From contig OY759746.1 of NCBI GenBank assembly GCA_963662795.1, positions 1,760,001 through 1,824,000 on the forward strand: a stretch of DNA of 64,000 bases, given 5' to 3'. The stretch is from Spirochaetia bacterium. Lineage in GTDB: Bacteria > Spirochaetota > Spirochaetia > CADAEX01. The position numbers and the translations under genes are program-made. Positions within the stretch are counted from its first letter, which is position 1; every line of letters starts with the position of its first letter. Below, piece by piece: positions 48,614 to 57,815 of this stretch. Below the pieces are notes generated by a model. It saw only the letters and a list, made by a program, of their open reading frames with translations. It searched no databases and was not told where the DNA came from.

Positions 48614-49315
48614 ATGAAAGCTTCAGTTTTGATTATTGAAGATGAGCATGATATTGCTGAACTCATAAAACTTTATCTTGAGAATGAGGGATTCTGCGTG
48701 CTTCATTCCGACACGGCGGAGAGGGGCCTTGAAATAGCCAGAAACGGTAAAATTGATATTGTCGTGCTTGATATAAATCTTCCCGGAATGGACGGTTTTG
48801 AATTCCTTCAGGCACTGAGAAAAGAGTATTCCATTCCTGTCGTTATTGTTTCCGCCAGGGAGGATGACGCAGATATGATACTTGGACTCGGGATAGGCGC
48901 TGATGACTATGTTACAAAGCCGTTTTCCCCCAAAGTCCTGGCTGCCCGGGTACGGGCCAATTTAAGGCGTTATATGCTCTCTGATGAGGGAGAAAAATCA
49001 GGCAGAAACATTATAAGACTCTCAGAATACACTGTCGAAAGGGATGCCTACCTTTTGAAAAAGGGAAATACCCGTATTCCCATTTCTCCCCGGGAGTTCG
49101 AAGTGCTTGTTTATCTTCTTGAAAATCCCGGAGAGCCCAGGACACCGGAAGAAATATACAGCGCGGTATGGGGTAATAATTTCGGCGACCTTACTACTGT
49201 TGCCGTGCATATACAGCGGCTTAGAAAAAAACTTGAAAAAGACCCTTCCAGGCCGCAGCTGATAGAGACGGTCCACAGTCTTGGATATAAGATCAGAAAG
49301 GAATTAATCTCTTGA
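48614..49315 (+). CDS. OmpR family response regulator
   Basis: IIEDE, LDINLPGMDG, GADDYVTKPF and VAVHIQRLRKKLE. Confidence 0.95.
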   Translation: MKASVLIIEDEHDIAELIKLYLENEGFCVLHSDTAERGLEIARNGKIDIVVLDINLPGMDGFEFLQALRKEYSIPVVIVSAREDDADMILGLGIGADDYVTKPFSPKVLAARVRANLRRYMLSDEGEKSGRNIIRLSEYTVERDAYLLKKGNTRIPISPREFEVLVYLLENPGEPRTPEEIYSAVWGNNFGDLTTVAVHIQRLRKKLEKDPSRPQLIETVHSLGYKIRKELIS

Positions 49316-50661
49316 CATTACGGACAAAGACTTTCGCAGCAATAACAGGTTTTGCGATTATCCCGCTGGTTTTTTCATTCTCGGTATATCTGATCAACCA
49401 TCATATAAATCTGGACAATTCCGCGATTGAACAGAGATTTATAATTTCCAAATGGATTGAAATGGAATTCTATCCCTCGGTTTACAGGATGAGGACGGAA
49501 GACCTGAAAATTCCGGAAGGGATAGAGCTTTGCCTTATCAACGAGAGAGGATTTGTAACATATTCGAATATCTCCCTGATACCCCCGGGATCTTATTTCA
49601 GTATAATTTTTCCGAAATTCTATGAAAGTATTAAAGGGAGAGACAGTAAATCCATAAATGAAAGTTTTATTATTGACGGGAAAAAATGGCATTTTTTTCT
49701 TATATACAGCCTGATTCCCCCCGTGCTGGAAAAGGAGAAGTTTTATGTCCTGATAAAAACACTTCAATTCACATTCTTTATTATTGCTGCCGGTACCATC
49801 CTGGGATCTTTATTTATCGGTTCAATATTAAAATCCGTAAACAGACTTGAGTCGGCAGTAAAAAAAATTGCTGACGGGAACCTTGATTTTCAGCTCGAAG
49901 TAAAAGGCAACGATGAATTCGCCGCGCTATCGGCCTCTTTTGAAAAGATGAGGGAGACACTCAGGGATGACCATGCAAGAAAGTCCAGATTCCTGATGGC
50001 GGTATCCCATGATCTTAAGACACCCCTTACAAGTATAAAGGGATATCTTGAGGCAATAAGCGACGGAATGGCTTCCGATGCTGAAACCCAGAAAAAATAT
50101 CTTGGAATAATTTCCGAAAAGGCCAGTGCGCTTGAAAAAAGGATCTCCGATCTTATCGATTTTGCCGGTATGGAAACGGGCGAGTGGCAGCTGAAAAGAA
50201 AAACGATTCCCCTTAAAGCATTTCTTGATTCCCTGAGTATAATTTACAGGGAAGACTGCGAGATACTGGGCAGGAAATTTATATATGAAAATACAATCCC
50301 TGAAGAATATGAAATATCGTGCGATCCTGTACTTTTTGAAAGGGCCCTTGAAAACCATTTTACAAATGCGCTGCGCTATACGTTTGACGGAGCGGTAATA
50401 AGCCTGCGCTGTTCAATGGAAAAGGATAAGCCTGTGATAGAAATAGCGGATAACGGTAAAGGCATTGATGAAAAAGATATGAAATATATTTTTGAACCCT
50501 TTTACCGGGGGAGCAGCTCAAGAAGGGAACCTGGAATGGGGCTCGGACTTTCCACATCCAAATCCATATTTCAGAGTCACGGATGGGAGGTCAGCGTCGC
50601 CGCCTCAACAGGGGAAGGGGCAACCGGAACTGTTTTCAGAATATCACTCAAAGACATGTAA
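49312..50661 (+). CDS. HAMP-domain sensor histidine kinase
   Basis: Two TM segments, HAMP, SHDLKTPLTSI, NALRY, DNGKGI and GMGLGL. Confidence 0.93.
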   Translation: MTLRTKTFAAITGFAIIPLVFSFSVYLINHHINLDNSAIEQRFIISKWIEMEFYPSVYRMRTEDLKIPEGIELCLINERGFVTYSNISLIPPGSYFSIIFPKFYESIKGRDSKSINESFIIDGKKWHFFLIYSLIPPVLEKEKFYVLIKTLQFTFFIIAAGTILGSLFIGSILKSVNRLESAVKKIADGNLDFQLEVKGNDEFAALSASFEKMRETLRDDHARKSRFLMAVSHDLKTPLTSIKGYLEAISDGMASDAETQKKYLGIISEKASALEKRISDLIDFAGMETGEWQLKRKTIPLKAFLDSLSIIYREDCEILGRKFIYENTIPEEYEISCDPVLFERALENHFTNALRYTFDGAVISLRCSMEKDKPVIEIADNGKGIDEKDMKYIFEPFYRGSSSRREPGMGLGLSTSKSIFQSHGWEVSVAASTGEGATGTVFRISLKDM

Positions 50662-50716
50662 AAAAACCGTACCACTTGTAATGATACGGTTTTATCCTGC
50701 GCTTTTTATTATCCTG

Positions 50717-52699
50717 TCACAGCTTTATGGGAAGGGATTTGAGTTTCAGGTCAAGCTCTTTTTTCTGAGCATTAATCTCCTTCTCAAGTGAGCCGATCTT
50801 TTTGGTAAGCTCTTCTATCTGCCTGTCCGCCTCTTCCTGAATCCCGGCTTTTTCCTTTAATACCGCCGCAAGTTCTTCTGCAGCATAGGATTTTACATCT
50901 GCTGCGATTTTTTCCGGCGATACAGCCTTTGCAATCAGATTGTCAAGAGAACTTTTTATCTTAAGCGAAAAGTCGCCTCCGCCTGAAGAATATACCGCCT
51001 CAAAATCCATCCTGTTTTCCTTTTCAATAATACCTGAAATTATTTTACCTGTCTGCGAGGTTGTATTCATCCTGAAATTATCTAGTGAAATACCTGCCGT
51101 CCCGTTAAAATTCTTATCCGCGGAAACAGCTGCCGCTGCTGATATATCCATATCCGCGCTCAGTTTGTCTATCCCCGCGGGAGAGAGAAAGGAGAGGTTT
51201 GATAATTTACCGCCTGTTACGGCAATTTTAATACCTGAAAAATCTTCCGTCGATTTTCTTCCGTCAAAAAAACCTTCAGCTTCGGTCCTGATATTATCAA
51301 TGCCTGACTTGATCATAAAAACAAGAGGTTTTCCCGCAAGCTCCTGATTGTTTGTGATATCCTTTATCTCAAGAGAATGCCTGTTGCCGCCGGTAAAAAA
51401 CGAACCGGAAACCTTCCTGATATGCAGTGAAGGGGAGCCGTAAACCGTATATCTTATGTCCCGGCCCCTCTTTGCTTCAGATGCAGGAGGAGCATCTTCA
51501 GCTTTCTTTTTATCTCCCGACTCTTTGATCTTTAAAAATATTTCATACGCATTACCGTATTTTTTCATGAACGGGTCAAGCTTTTCCTCTACAAGCGGCC
51601 GGGCAAATGAGGAGACAGAGAAAGACCCTTTTCCAGGGAACAGGGAGATGATATATTCAATATCATTTGAAACAGCTTTTTCTATGTTCTTTTTCCCGTC
51701 CGCAGCTGTTTTTTTGAGTTTGTCGGCTTCTTTGCGGGATGAGGCAACATTGCCTGAAATTGATGATACTCTTGAAGAAGCTGATTTAATCCTGTCTGCA
51801 ATTTTTTTGGCACCGGCTAAATCAAGCTTTGAGGAAAGTCTGGCAGATGTAATTTCATTTACATCTTTTTCCAGCTGTTTGATATCGCTTTCAGTTTTAT
51901 CAATCCCGGCCCTGATATTTTCAGCACCGCTTTTAAGGTCATCAGCAGTTTTTTCCGCAGTCAGGGGAGCTGAAAGCTTATCTGTATTTTCCCTGATTAC
52001 TTTTTTTACAGTATCCCTGTCCGGAATCAGGTTGTCCGGCAGCTTTCCAGCCGCTAAAACTGTTTCCTTTAATTTATCGGAAGAGGCAGGCCCGGAATCA
52101 GCTTTTTCCTTTTTTGCAGCTCCTGCGAGGGCTTTTGCCCTTACCGCCCTTTTCTCTCCTATGGCAAAATCCTCAAGTTTTATTTCTTCTGCAGCGAATT
52201 TGCCTTTAAGCACTTCAGACATGTCAAGGTCTATTACCGCTTCCCCTGTCTGAAACAGATTTCTGTCAGGGTCATCCCTGTCCGCAACCTGCATGGATTT
52301 ATATCTGATCAATCCTGTGAAAAGGCTTAAGCGGAGGCCCGTTACTTCAGACTCTGCCTTGAATATTTTTTCAAGCCCCTTTTCCATCCCTTTTTCCGCA
52401 AGAGGATTCTGGAAAAATACTGTAAAAACAGTAAAGGAAATTACCAGCGCGGCAAGAGACCCGATTTTACCGATCCCAAGTGCTCCGGAATTCTTTTTGA
52501 TTCCTGAGATCAGTTTGTTAAGCTTTTTTACGGTATCTGCGTTATCAGGTTCTGTAAGAACATACAAGTCCCCTTTTTTTTCGTAGACAGAAAGGATCAG
52601 TTCCCTTTCATCCTTAAGAAAGATCTTCCCGAGAATCTTTTTTTCAAATTTCTTTACTGCATAACTTTTCTTAAAAAATTTTTTAAGTCCGGCCGCCAT
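50717..52699 (-). CDS. TIGR03545-like protein (membrane anchor, AsmA-like N-terminal region, coiled coils)
   Basis: TM at about residues 80-97, QVADRDDPDRNLF, long coiled coils and RGRDI; paired with a TIGR03546-like gene. Confidence 0.7.
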   Translation of the reverse strand: MAAGLKKFFKKSYAVKKFEKKILGKIFLKDERELILSVYEKKGDLYVLTEPDNADTVKKLNKLISGIKKNSGALGIGKIGSLAALVISFTVFTVFFQNPLAEKGMEKGLEKIFKAESEVTGLRLSLFTGLIRYKSMQVADRDDPDRNLFQTGEAVIDLDMSEVLKGKFAAEEIKLEDFAIGEKRAVRAKALAGAAKKEKADSGPASSDKLKETVLAAGKLPDNLIPDRDTVKKVIRENTDKLSAPLTAEKTADDLKSGAENIRAGIDKTESDIKQLEKDVNEITSARLSSKLDLAGAKKIADRIKSASSRVSSISGNVASSRKEADKLKKTAADGKKNIEKAVSNDIEYIISLFPGKGSFSVSSFARPLVEEKLDPFMKKYGNAYEIFLKIKESGDKKKAEDAPPASEAKRGRDIRYTVYGSPSLHIRKVSGSFFTGGNRHSLEIKDITNNQELAGKPLVFMIKSGIDNIRTEAEGFFDGRKSTEDFSGIKIAVTGGKLSNLSFLSPAGIDKLSADMDISAAAAVSADKNFNGTAGISLDNFRMNTTSQTGKIISGIIEKENRMDFEAVYSSGGGDFSLKIKSSLDNLIAKAVSPEKIAADVKSYAAEELAAVLKEKAGIQEEADRQIEELTKKIGSLEKEINAQKKELDLKLKSLPIKL

Positions 52700-52703
52700 A
52701 TCA

Positions 52704-53243
52704 TTACCCCCTGAAGTTCCGCAGTTTGTTTGCTTTTGTAACGAGCATTACAGTTTTTGATACTATTGGCAGTGCCGCGATTTTTCTGACAATATTGCTT
52801 GATAAAAATCTGTCTCTAAGTTTTGTCCTGTAAAGCGCAATCAGCTTCCTGCACCCTATCCAGAGAGGGACAAAAAGAACTGCCATTACAATGATGCTTC
52901 CGGTAACTGCTGTATTGTTGAAATCCGTATAGGGAATGAGCGGAGTGTTGTACAGTTTTGTAAAAAGATTCTCAAGAGTGCCGGCCGTAAGTATTTTGTA
53001 CCCGACAGCATCGAAGAGAGGATCGGCAAAAGATGCCAGCGGCTTTATAAGCGCAATCACAATCATTTCCACCCCGAAATTTATTTTCAGGAAGAATGTA
53101 AGGCCGAGCAGGACAAACCATGTAAGATTTCCTGCCGGAATCATTGCAAGCGTTATGCCGAGCGCCATGGCTGCTGCAATTTCTCCGGGCCTGTTATTGG
53201 CATTCAATGCCGCAAAACTGTTAATAATCCATTTTAAAAACAT
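52704..53243 (-). CDS. TIGR03546 (DUF2062-like) family membrane protein (start moved to ATG 53243)
   Basis: LNAN..PGEIA, DPLFDAVGY.IL, LYNTP..PYTDFNNT and YR; SD AAGGAGG. Confidence 0.8.
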   Translation of the reverse strand: MFLKWIINSFAALNANNRPGEIAAAMALGITLAMIPAGNLTWFVLLGLTFFLKINFGVEMIVIALIKPLASFADPLFDAVGYKILTAGTLENLFTKLYNTPLIPYTDFNNTAVTGSIIVMAVLFVPLWIGCRKLIALYRTKLRDRFLSSNIVRKIAALPIVSKTVMLVTKANKLRNFRG

Positions 53244-53265
53244 AAAACCCTCCTTCATGGAACAC

Positions 53266-53340
53266 TATCTTCAGGATATTATCTACAGGATATTATCCAC
53301 AGGATAGTATCCACAGGATAGTATCTGCGGGAAATTATCT
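53266..53340. repeat. 14-bp tandem repeat, about 5 units, containing DnaA-box-like 9-mers
   Basis: TATCTTCAGGATAT, TATCTACAGGATAT, TATCCACAGGATAG twice, TATCTGCGGGAAAT; perfect TTATCCACA at 53293-53301. Confidence 0.9.
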
Positions 53341-54126
53341 TATTCCCAACAGCTCTTTTACAGTCTCAATTTTTTCACCAAGTTCCTTTTTCCGTAAATT
53401 ATAAACATTCTCACCCGGGCCGTATATTCCGGTATCAACCTTAAGTTTTTTTTCTTCCTCAAGGAGGTTCCCGTAATAAGCAGTCCAGTCATCTTCCTCA
53501 TGGAGCGATTTTACAGGGATGATTTTGGCAGCAGGTTTCCAGGGCTTTCCAAGCTTTCTCCTCGCCATGAGCAGTATTATTATCTCTTCTGCCGAAAGGT
53601 CTCCAAAGAGTTTTTTTTCGTCAGACAGTTCTTCATCGCCGTATATTTTTTTATAGAAAGATAAAAATGCTTTTTCGCAGTCAGCGTATTTTTCCTGCCT
53701 GAAATAAAGCCTTGAAAGGTACGGCAGGTTAAATTCAATCATGTAGTCCTGTACATCTTCCCGTTTCAGGATATCGAGCGCTTTATCAAAATCCCCTTCC
53801 TCAATGAGACACCATGCCTCCGCCGCTCCAACGCCCGGGTGGTCTGTGAGGGTGAATCCCGAAGAAACAGCATCAAACAGTTTTTTCATGTCCCACGGGG
53901 CAGAATAATTTTTGAATAAATCAACATAGAGCTGCCAGACTGAAGGTTCTTCCCTGATTCCCTTTAAAATAACGTCGTCTGCAAGGTCGTAGTGTTTTCT
54001 TGCCCTGAGATACCCTGCCGATATTATTTTCCGCTCCCATTTAGCCTTTTTAAGATTGGGGTAAATTCTTGCGAGAAATATGATTGCAGCGACAAATCCT
54101 CCAATCATCAGATATTTTAAAATCAT
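53335..54126 (-). CDS. Membrane-anchored TPR-like hypothetical protein
   Basis: N-terminal TM, helical repeats (GDFDKALDIL, RLYFRQEKYADC); SD AAGGAG. Confidence 0.7.
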   Translation of the reverse strand: MILKYLMIGGFVAAIIFLARIYPNLKKAKWERKIISAGYLRARKHYDLADDVILKGIREEPSVWQLYVDLFKNYSAPWDMKKLFDAVSSGFTLTDHPGVGAAEAWCLIEEGDFDKALDILKREDVQDYMIEFNLPYLSRLYFRQEKYADCEKAFLSFYKKIYGDEELSDEKKLFGDLSAEEIIILLMARRKLGKPWKPAAKIIPVKSLHEEDDWTAYYGNLLEEEKKLKVDTGIYGPGENVYNLRKKELGEKIETVKELLGIR

Positions 54127-54370
54127 TATGTACTCCTTGGTGCAGGGCGGCTTCTGCCGGGCAGGCCGCCTTTAGTTAATTATAGTATTAAAATTATTAT
54201 TTTAAAAGATTAAGGCAGGGGCGGCCTTTCCTTCCTCAGCCCTCAGCCATCAGCTATAAGTTATCACCCCTCTGCCCCGGTGCAGTAGCTCCATAAAATA
54301 TTCTTCCGCGGTAAGTCCTTCCGCAGTATCCGTTGGTAATAAATCCCTCCATAAGTACAGCAGCAGCCGG

Positions 54371-54994
54371 CTATTGAGCCGTCCATGGATTGTGTTTTAT
54401 TTCATCCTCTATAGAGGTTTCCGGGCCGTGTCCCGGATACACAACAGTAACTCCCGGAAGGGTGTAAAGTTTACTGCGGATCGAATCAAGCAGCTGTTTC
54501 CGGCTTCCTCCGGGCAGGTCTGTCCTTCCTATGCTTCTGAAAAAAAGTACATCTCCGCAAAAGAGGGATGCTGATTCCTTATGGTACAGGGAAATGTGCC
54601 CCTGTGTATGCCCGGGAGTGTGCAATACCTTAAGGTTTACGCTGCCGAAAGAAATGATTTCTGTCTGTGATGCGTCAATGGAGGGATCAGGCGAAATATC
54701 ACAGTCAAGCCCGAACATGGCAGCGTCGCCGCCTGTTTTTATACGGTCATATTCAAGTCTGTGGGCAGCGACCGGTACCTTGTTGCATGAGAAAAATTTA
54801 TTCCCGCCGATGTGGTCGAAGTGGCCGTGCGTGTTGATAATAACAGAAAGCTCATATTTTTCCCTGGAAATAAGCTCCGCTATTTCTGTGCTTCTGTCTC
54901 CCGGGTCTATTAATGCGGCTTTTTTTGTATCGGTGCAGACAAGAAGATAGCAGTTTGCCTGAACCGGGCCCAGCGTATATTTTTTAATAATCAA
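54371..54994 (-). CDS. MBL-fold metallo-hydrolase (YcbL/glyoxalase II-like)
   Basis: NCY, IDPG, THGHFDHIGG, HTPGHT, GD.LF..SIGRTD and YPGHG. Confidence 0.92.
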   Translation of the reverse strand: MIIKKYTLGPVQANCYLLVCTDTKKAALIDPGDRSTEIAELISREKYELSVIINTHGHFDHIGGNKFFSCNKVPVAAHRLEYDRIKTGGDAAMFGLDCDISPDPSIDASQTEIISFGSVNLKVLHTPGHTQGHISLYHKESASLFCGDVLFFRSIGRTDLPGGSRKQLLDSIRSKLYTLPGVTVVYPGHGPETSIEDEIKHNPWTAQ

Positions 54995-55149
54995 GAGTCA
55001 CTCCCTGACAGTTTTACTTCCGGAATAATGGCTGGAAGTAATTACCGTCAGGAACTAAAATAACAATAATTTATCAAATATTCCATGACTGTAAGTGGTT
55101 TTAAAAATATTTGTATGGTATATCTGAATTCCGCAGCCGGAGGATAAAA

Positions 55150-56125
55150 ATGGAAAATGAAAATAAAGTAAGCAGGGAACAGGGCGATATAAACCAGGGA
55201 AAGAGCAGAATAAAATACTGGAAAAGGAATTTTGACGGTGAAGCTGAAAAATGGTTTAAAGAGGACAGGAAATATTTTCTCCATCAGGCCTTATCCACTC
55301 CCGTGCTTAATATTTTAAGCAAGACAGACGGTATCCACATATATGATATGACGGGAAAAAATATATAGACATGCACGGCAACGGAGTCCATAACGCAGGC
55401 TTCAGTAATCCTGAGGTAATTGAGGCTGTAAAAAAACAGCTTGATGAAAAACTCTGCTTTACCCCGAGACGGTTTTCAAATGTTCCGGCCATAAAATTCG
55501 CTAAAAAGCTCGCAGAAATTACCCCCGAGGGACTTGAAAAATCCCTCTTCTGTCCCGGGGGGGCGGAAGCGATAGAGACGGCAATAACCCTTGCCAAACA
55601 GGTTACAGGTAATTTCAGGACATACTTGTCCTTGGAAAATCGTTCGGGGGAGGCCTCCTTCCCTTTGCCGGCATTGTTGTAAAACCCGAATATGACATAT
55701 TACCCGGCAGATCGATCGGACACTATACCCATGAGAAAAACCCCCTGTGCAGCGCGGCAGGGCTTGCAGAAATTGAGTATCTTGAAAAGCATTCTCTTGT
55801 TGAGAATGCGGCTGAAATAGGCAGGTATACAATGGAGAGGTTTGAAAGCCTTAAAGAAAGACATCCCATGATAGGCAATATCGCCGGTATCGGCTGCCAC
55901 ATCGGCATCGACCTTGTTAAAAACCGCCTCACAAAAGAAAGGGCAGTGGATGAGGCTGAAGCAGTAATGTACAAATGCATGGAAAAGGGGCTTGCGTTCA
56001 AGATTATTGAAAGCAACATAATTACGCTCAGGCCTTCACTGCTGATTACAAAGGATGAGATGGAGTGGTGCATCAGGACAATGGAAGAGGCAATAGGTGA
56101 GGTTGAAAAGGGCAGTTACTACTGA
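55150..56125 (+). pseudogene. pbfA: Class III PLP enzyme pseudogene resembling (R)-1-hydroxy-2-aminoethylphosphonate ammonia-lyase
   Basis: Three frames give GDIN..FLHQALSTP, DMHGNGVH..FTPRRF..PGG and DILVLGKSFGGG..GHYTHEKNP. There is a 1-nt deletion in A6 (55356-55361) and a large internal deletion at about 55618. Confidence 0.75.
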
Positions 56126-56166
56126 GCAATTCATTATTCTGACGAACTTATTTTCTCAGGTGCTGA

Positions 56167-56202
56167 CATTTGTTGACATGTAAACAAATGAGGTACTATG
56201 AT
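56167..56202 (+). promoter_or_regulatory. Promoter of the nucleoside ABC operon with an overlapping 24-bp palindromic operator
   Basis: CATTTGTTGACATGTAAACAAATG (56167-56190) contains TTGACA; TATGAT at 56197-56202. Confidence 0.7.
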
Positions 56203-56254
56203 TGAGTGTTGTCCGGATCCCCCCCTCATGAGGGAAATGAAAAAAAGAGGCATA

Positions 56255-57815
56255 ATGGAAGAAGCATTTGAAACCGGCCCCCCTATTCTTGAAACGAGAT
56301 GCATAACGAAACAGTTCCCCAGGGTCCTTGCCAACGATGAAATCAGTATCCGCCTTCATAAGGGAGAGATCCTGTCCATTCTGGGCGAAAACGGTGCGGG
56401 AAAATCCACGCTGATGAATATCCTTTACGGACTTTACAGGCCGACCTCCGGAGAGATAATCCTTAAAGGAAAGGAAAGTGCCTTTTCCTCCCCGCGCGAT
56501 GCCATCAGGGCAGGGCTCGGGATGGTTCATCAGCACTTTATGCTTGTCGAGACGCTCACGGTAACGGAAAACATAATTCTGGGTTCAGAACCTTCAAAAG
56601 GGGGTGTAATAGATTATCAGCTTGCGAAAAAACAGGTGCTTGAAATCTCTGATCTTTACGGGCTTCATGTGGACCCTGATGAAAAAATTGAAAACCTTTC
56701 CGCCGGTCTTCAGCAGAGGGTCGAGATTTTAAAGGCCCTTTACAGGCATGCGGAAATTCTGATCCTTGATGAGCCGACCGCGGTGCTCACCCCCCAGGAG
56801 GTTGAAGAGCTTTTCAGGGTCATAAGGGCGCTCAGGGACAAGGGTGTCTCTATCATAATCATTACCCACAAACTCGAAGAGGTTATGGCTATCTCAGAGA
56901 GGGTTTATATATTAAGGCGGGGGAAACTGGCAGGAGAAGGCGATATTAAAGACCTTACATAAGGAAGAGCTGGCAAACATGATGGTCGGCCGGGATGTTA
57001 TTCTCCGTGTTGATAAAAAGGGAAGCCGAAAAAAGAAAGAGGCTGTCTTTTCCATTGAAAATCTTTCTGTCCTTAAAAAAGGGGGAACCGCTCTCCTTGA
57101 CAGCATGACACTTGATGTTTCGCCCGGTGAAATTGTCGGTATGGCAGGTGTTGACGGAAACGGACAGAGTGAACTTTCACAGGCTGTCATGGGACTTGTT
57201 AAAATTGATAAAGGTTCAATCAGGTTAAACGGAAAGGAGATCAGCACCCTTTCCACAAGGGAAAGGATAAAAGAGGGTATTTCATTTGTCCCTTCAGACA
57301 GACAGCGGGACGGCCTTGTTCTTGAAATGAGCGTAAGTGATAATATAATAATCGGCAGGCACGACAGAAAACCGTTTGTCAGGAGTGCCGGGCGGATTAA
57401 CCACAGGGAAATCAGAAGATATGCCGAAAAGCTTGCAGGCGATTTTGACATCAGAACTCCATCCGTGTCAGTCAGCGCCGGAGCCCTTTCCGGCGGCAAC
57501 CAGCAGAAGGTGATCCTCGCCAGGGAGTTTTCAAAGTCTCCTGTTTTCCTTCTCCTTAATCAGCCTACAAGGGGGCTCGATGTAGGCGCTATAGAATATA
57601 TCCATTCGCGGATAATGGAGATGAAGGAGAAGGGGGCCGCAATCCTTCTTGTTTCGCTTGAGCTTGAAGAAATTTTTGCTCTTTCGGACCGGATCCTTGT
57701 AATCTACGAAGGGCAGATTGTCAGGGAGCTGAAAACAGATGAAACTACTGATTATGAGGTAGGGCTTTATATGACAGGCGGAAGGAAGAAAGGGTCTTTA
57801 AATGACGGGAAATAA
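56255..57815 (+). pseudogene. Nucleoside/sugar ABC (CUT2, NupA-like) dual-domain ATPase split by a +1 frameshift
   Basis: The N-half (GENGAGKST, QQRVEILKAL, LDEPT) stops at 56962; the C-half (MMVGR, GVDGNGQSEL, LSGGNQQK) runs 56979-57815. Removing 1 nt near 56960 restores TKEELANMMVGR. Confidence 0.75.

Noticed and set aside
53266-53340. Replication origin call
   Set aside because: No dnaA/dnaN/gidA context, no unwinding element, and the gap is under 100 bp; kept only as a repeat finding.
54140-54365. Possible gene remnant or small ORF and hairpins between the MBL and TPR genes
   Set aside because: The short frames have no recognisable homology or good start signals.
56126-56254. Purine riboswitch upstream of the nucleoside ABC operon
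   Set aside because: No purine aptamer core is visible; a DNA palindrome explains the region better.
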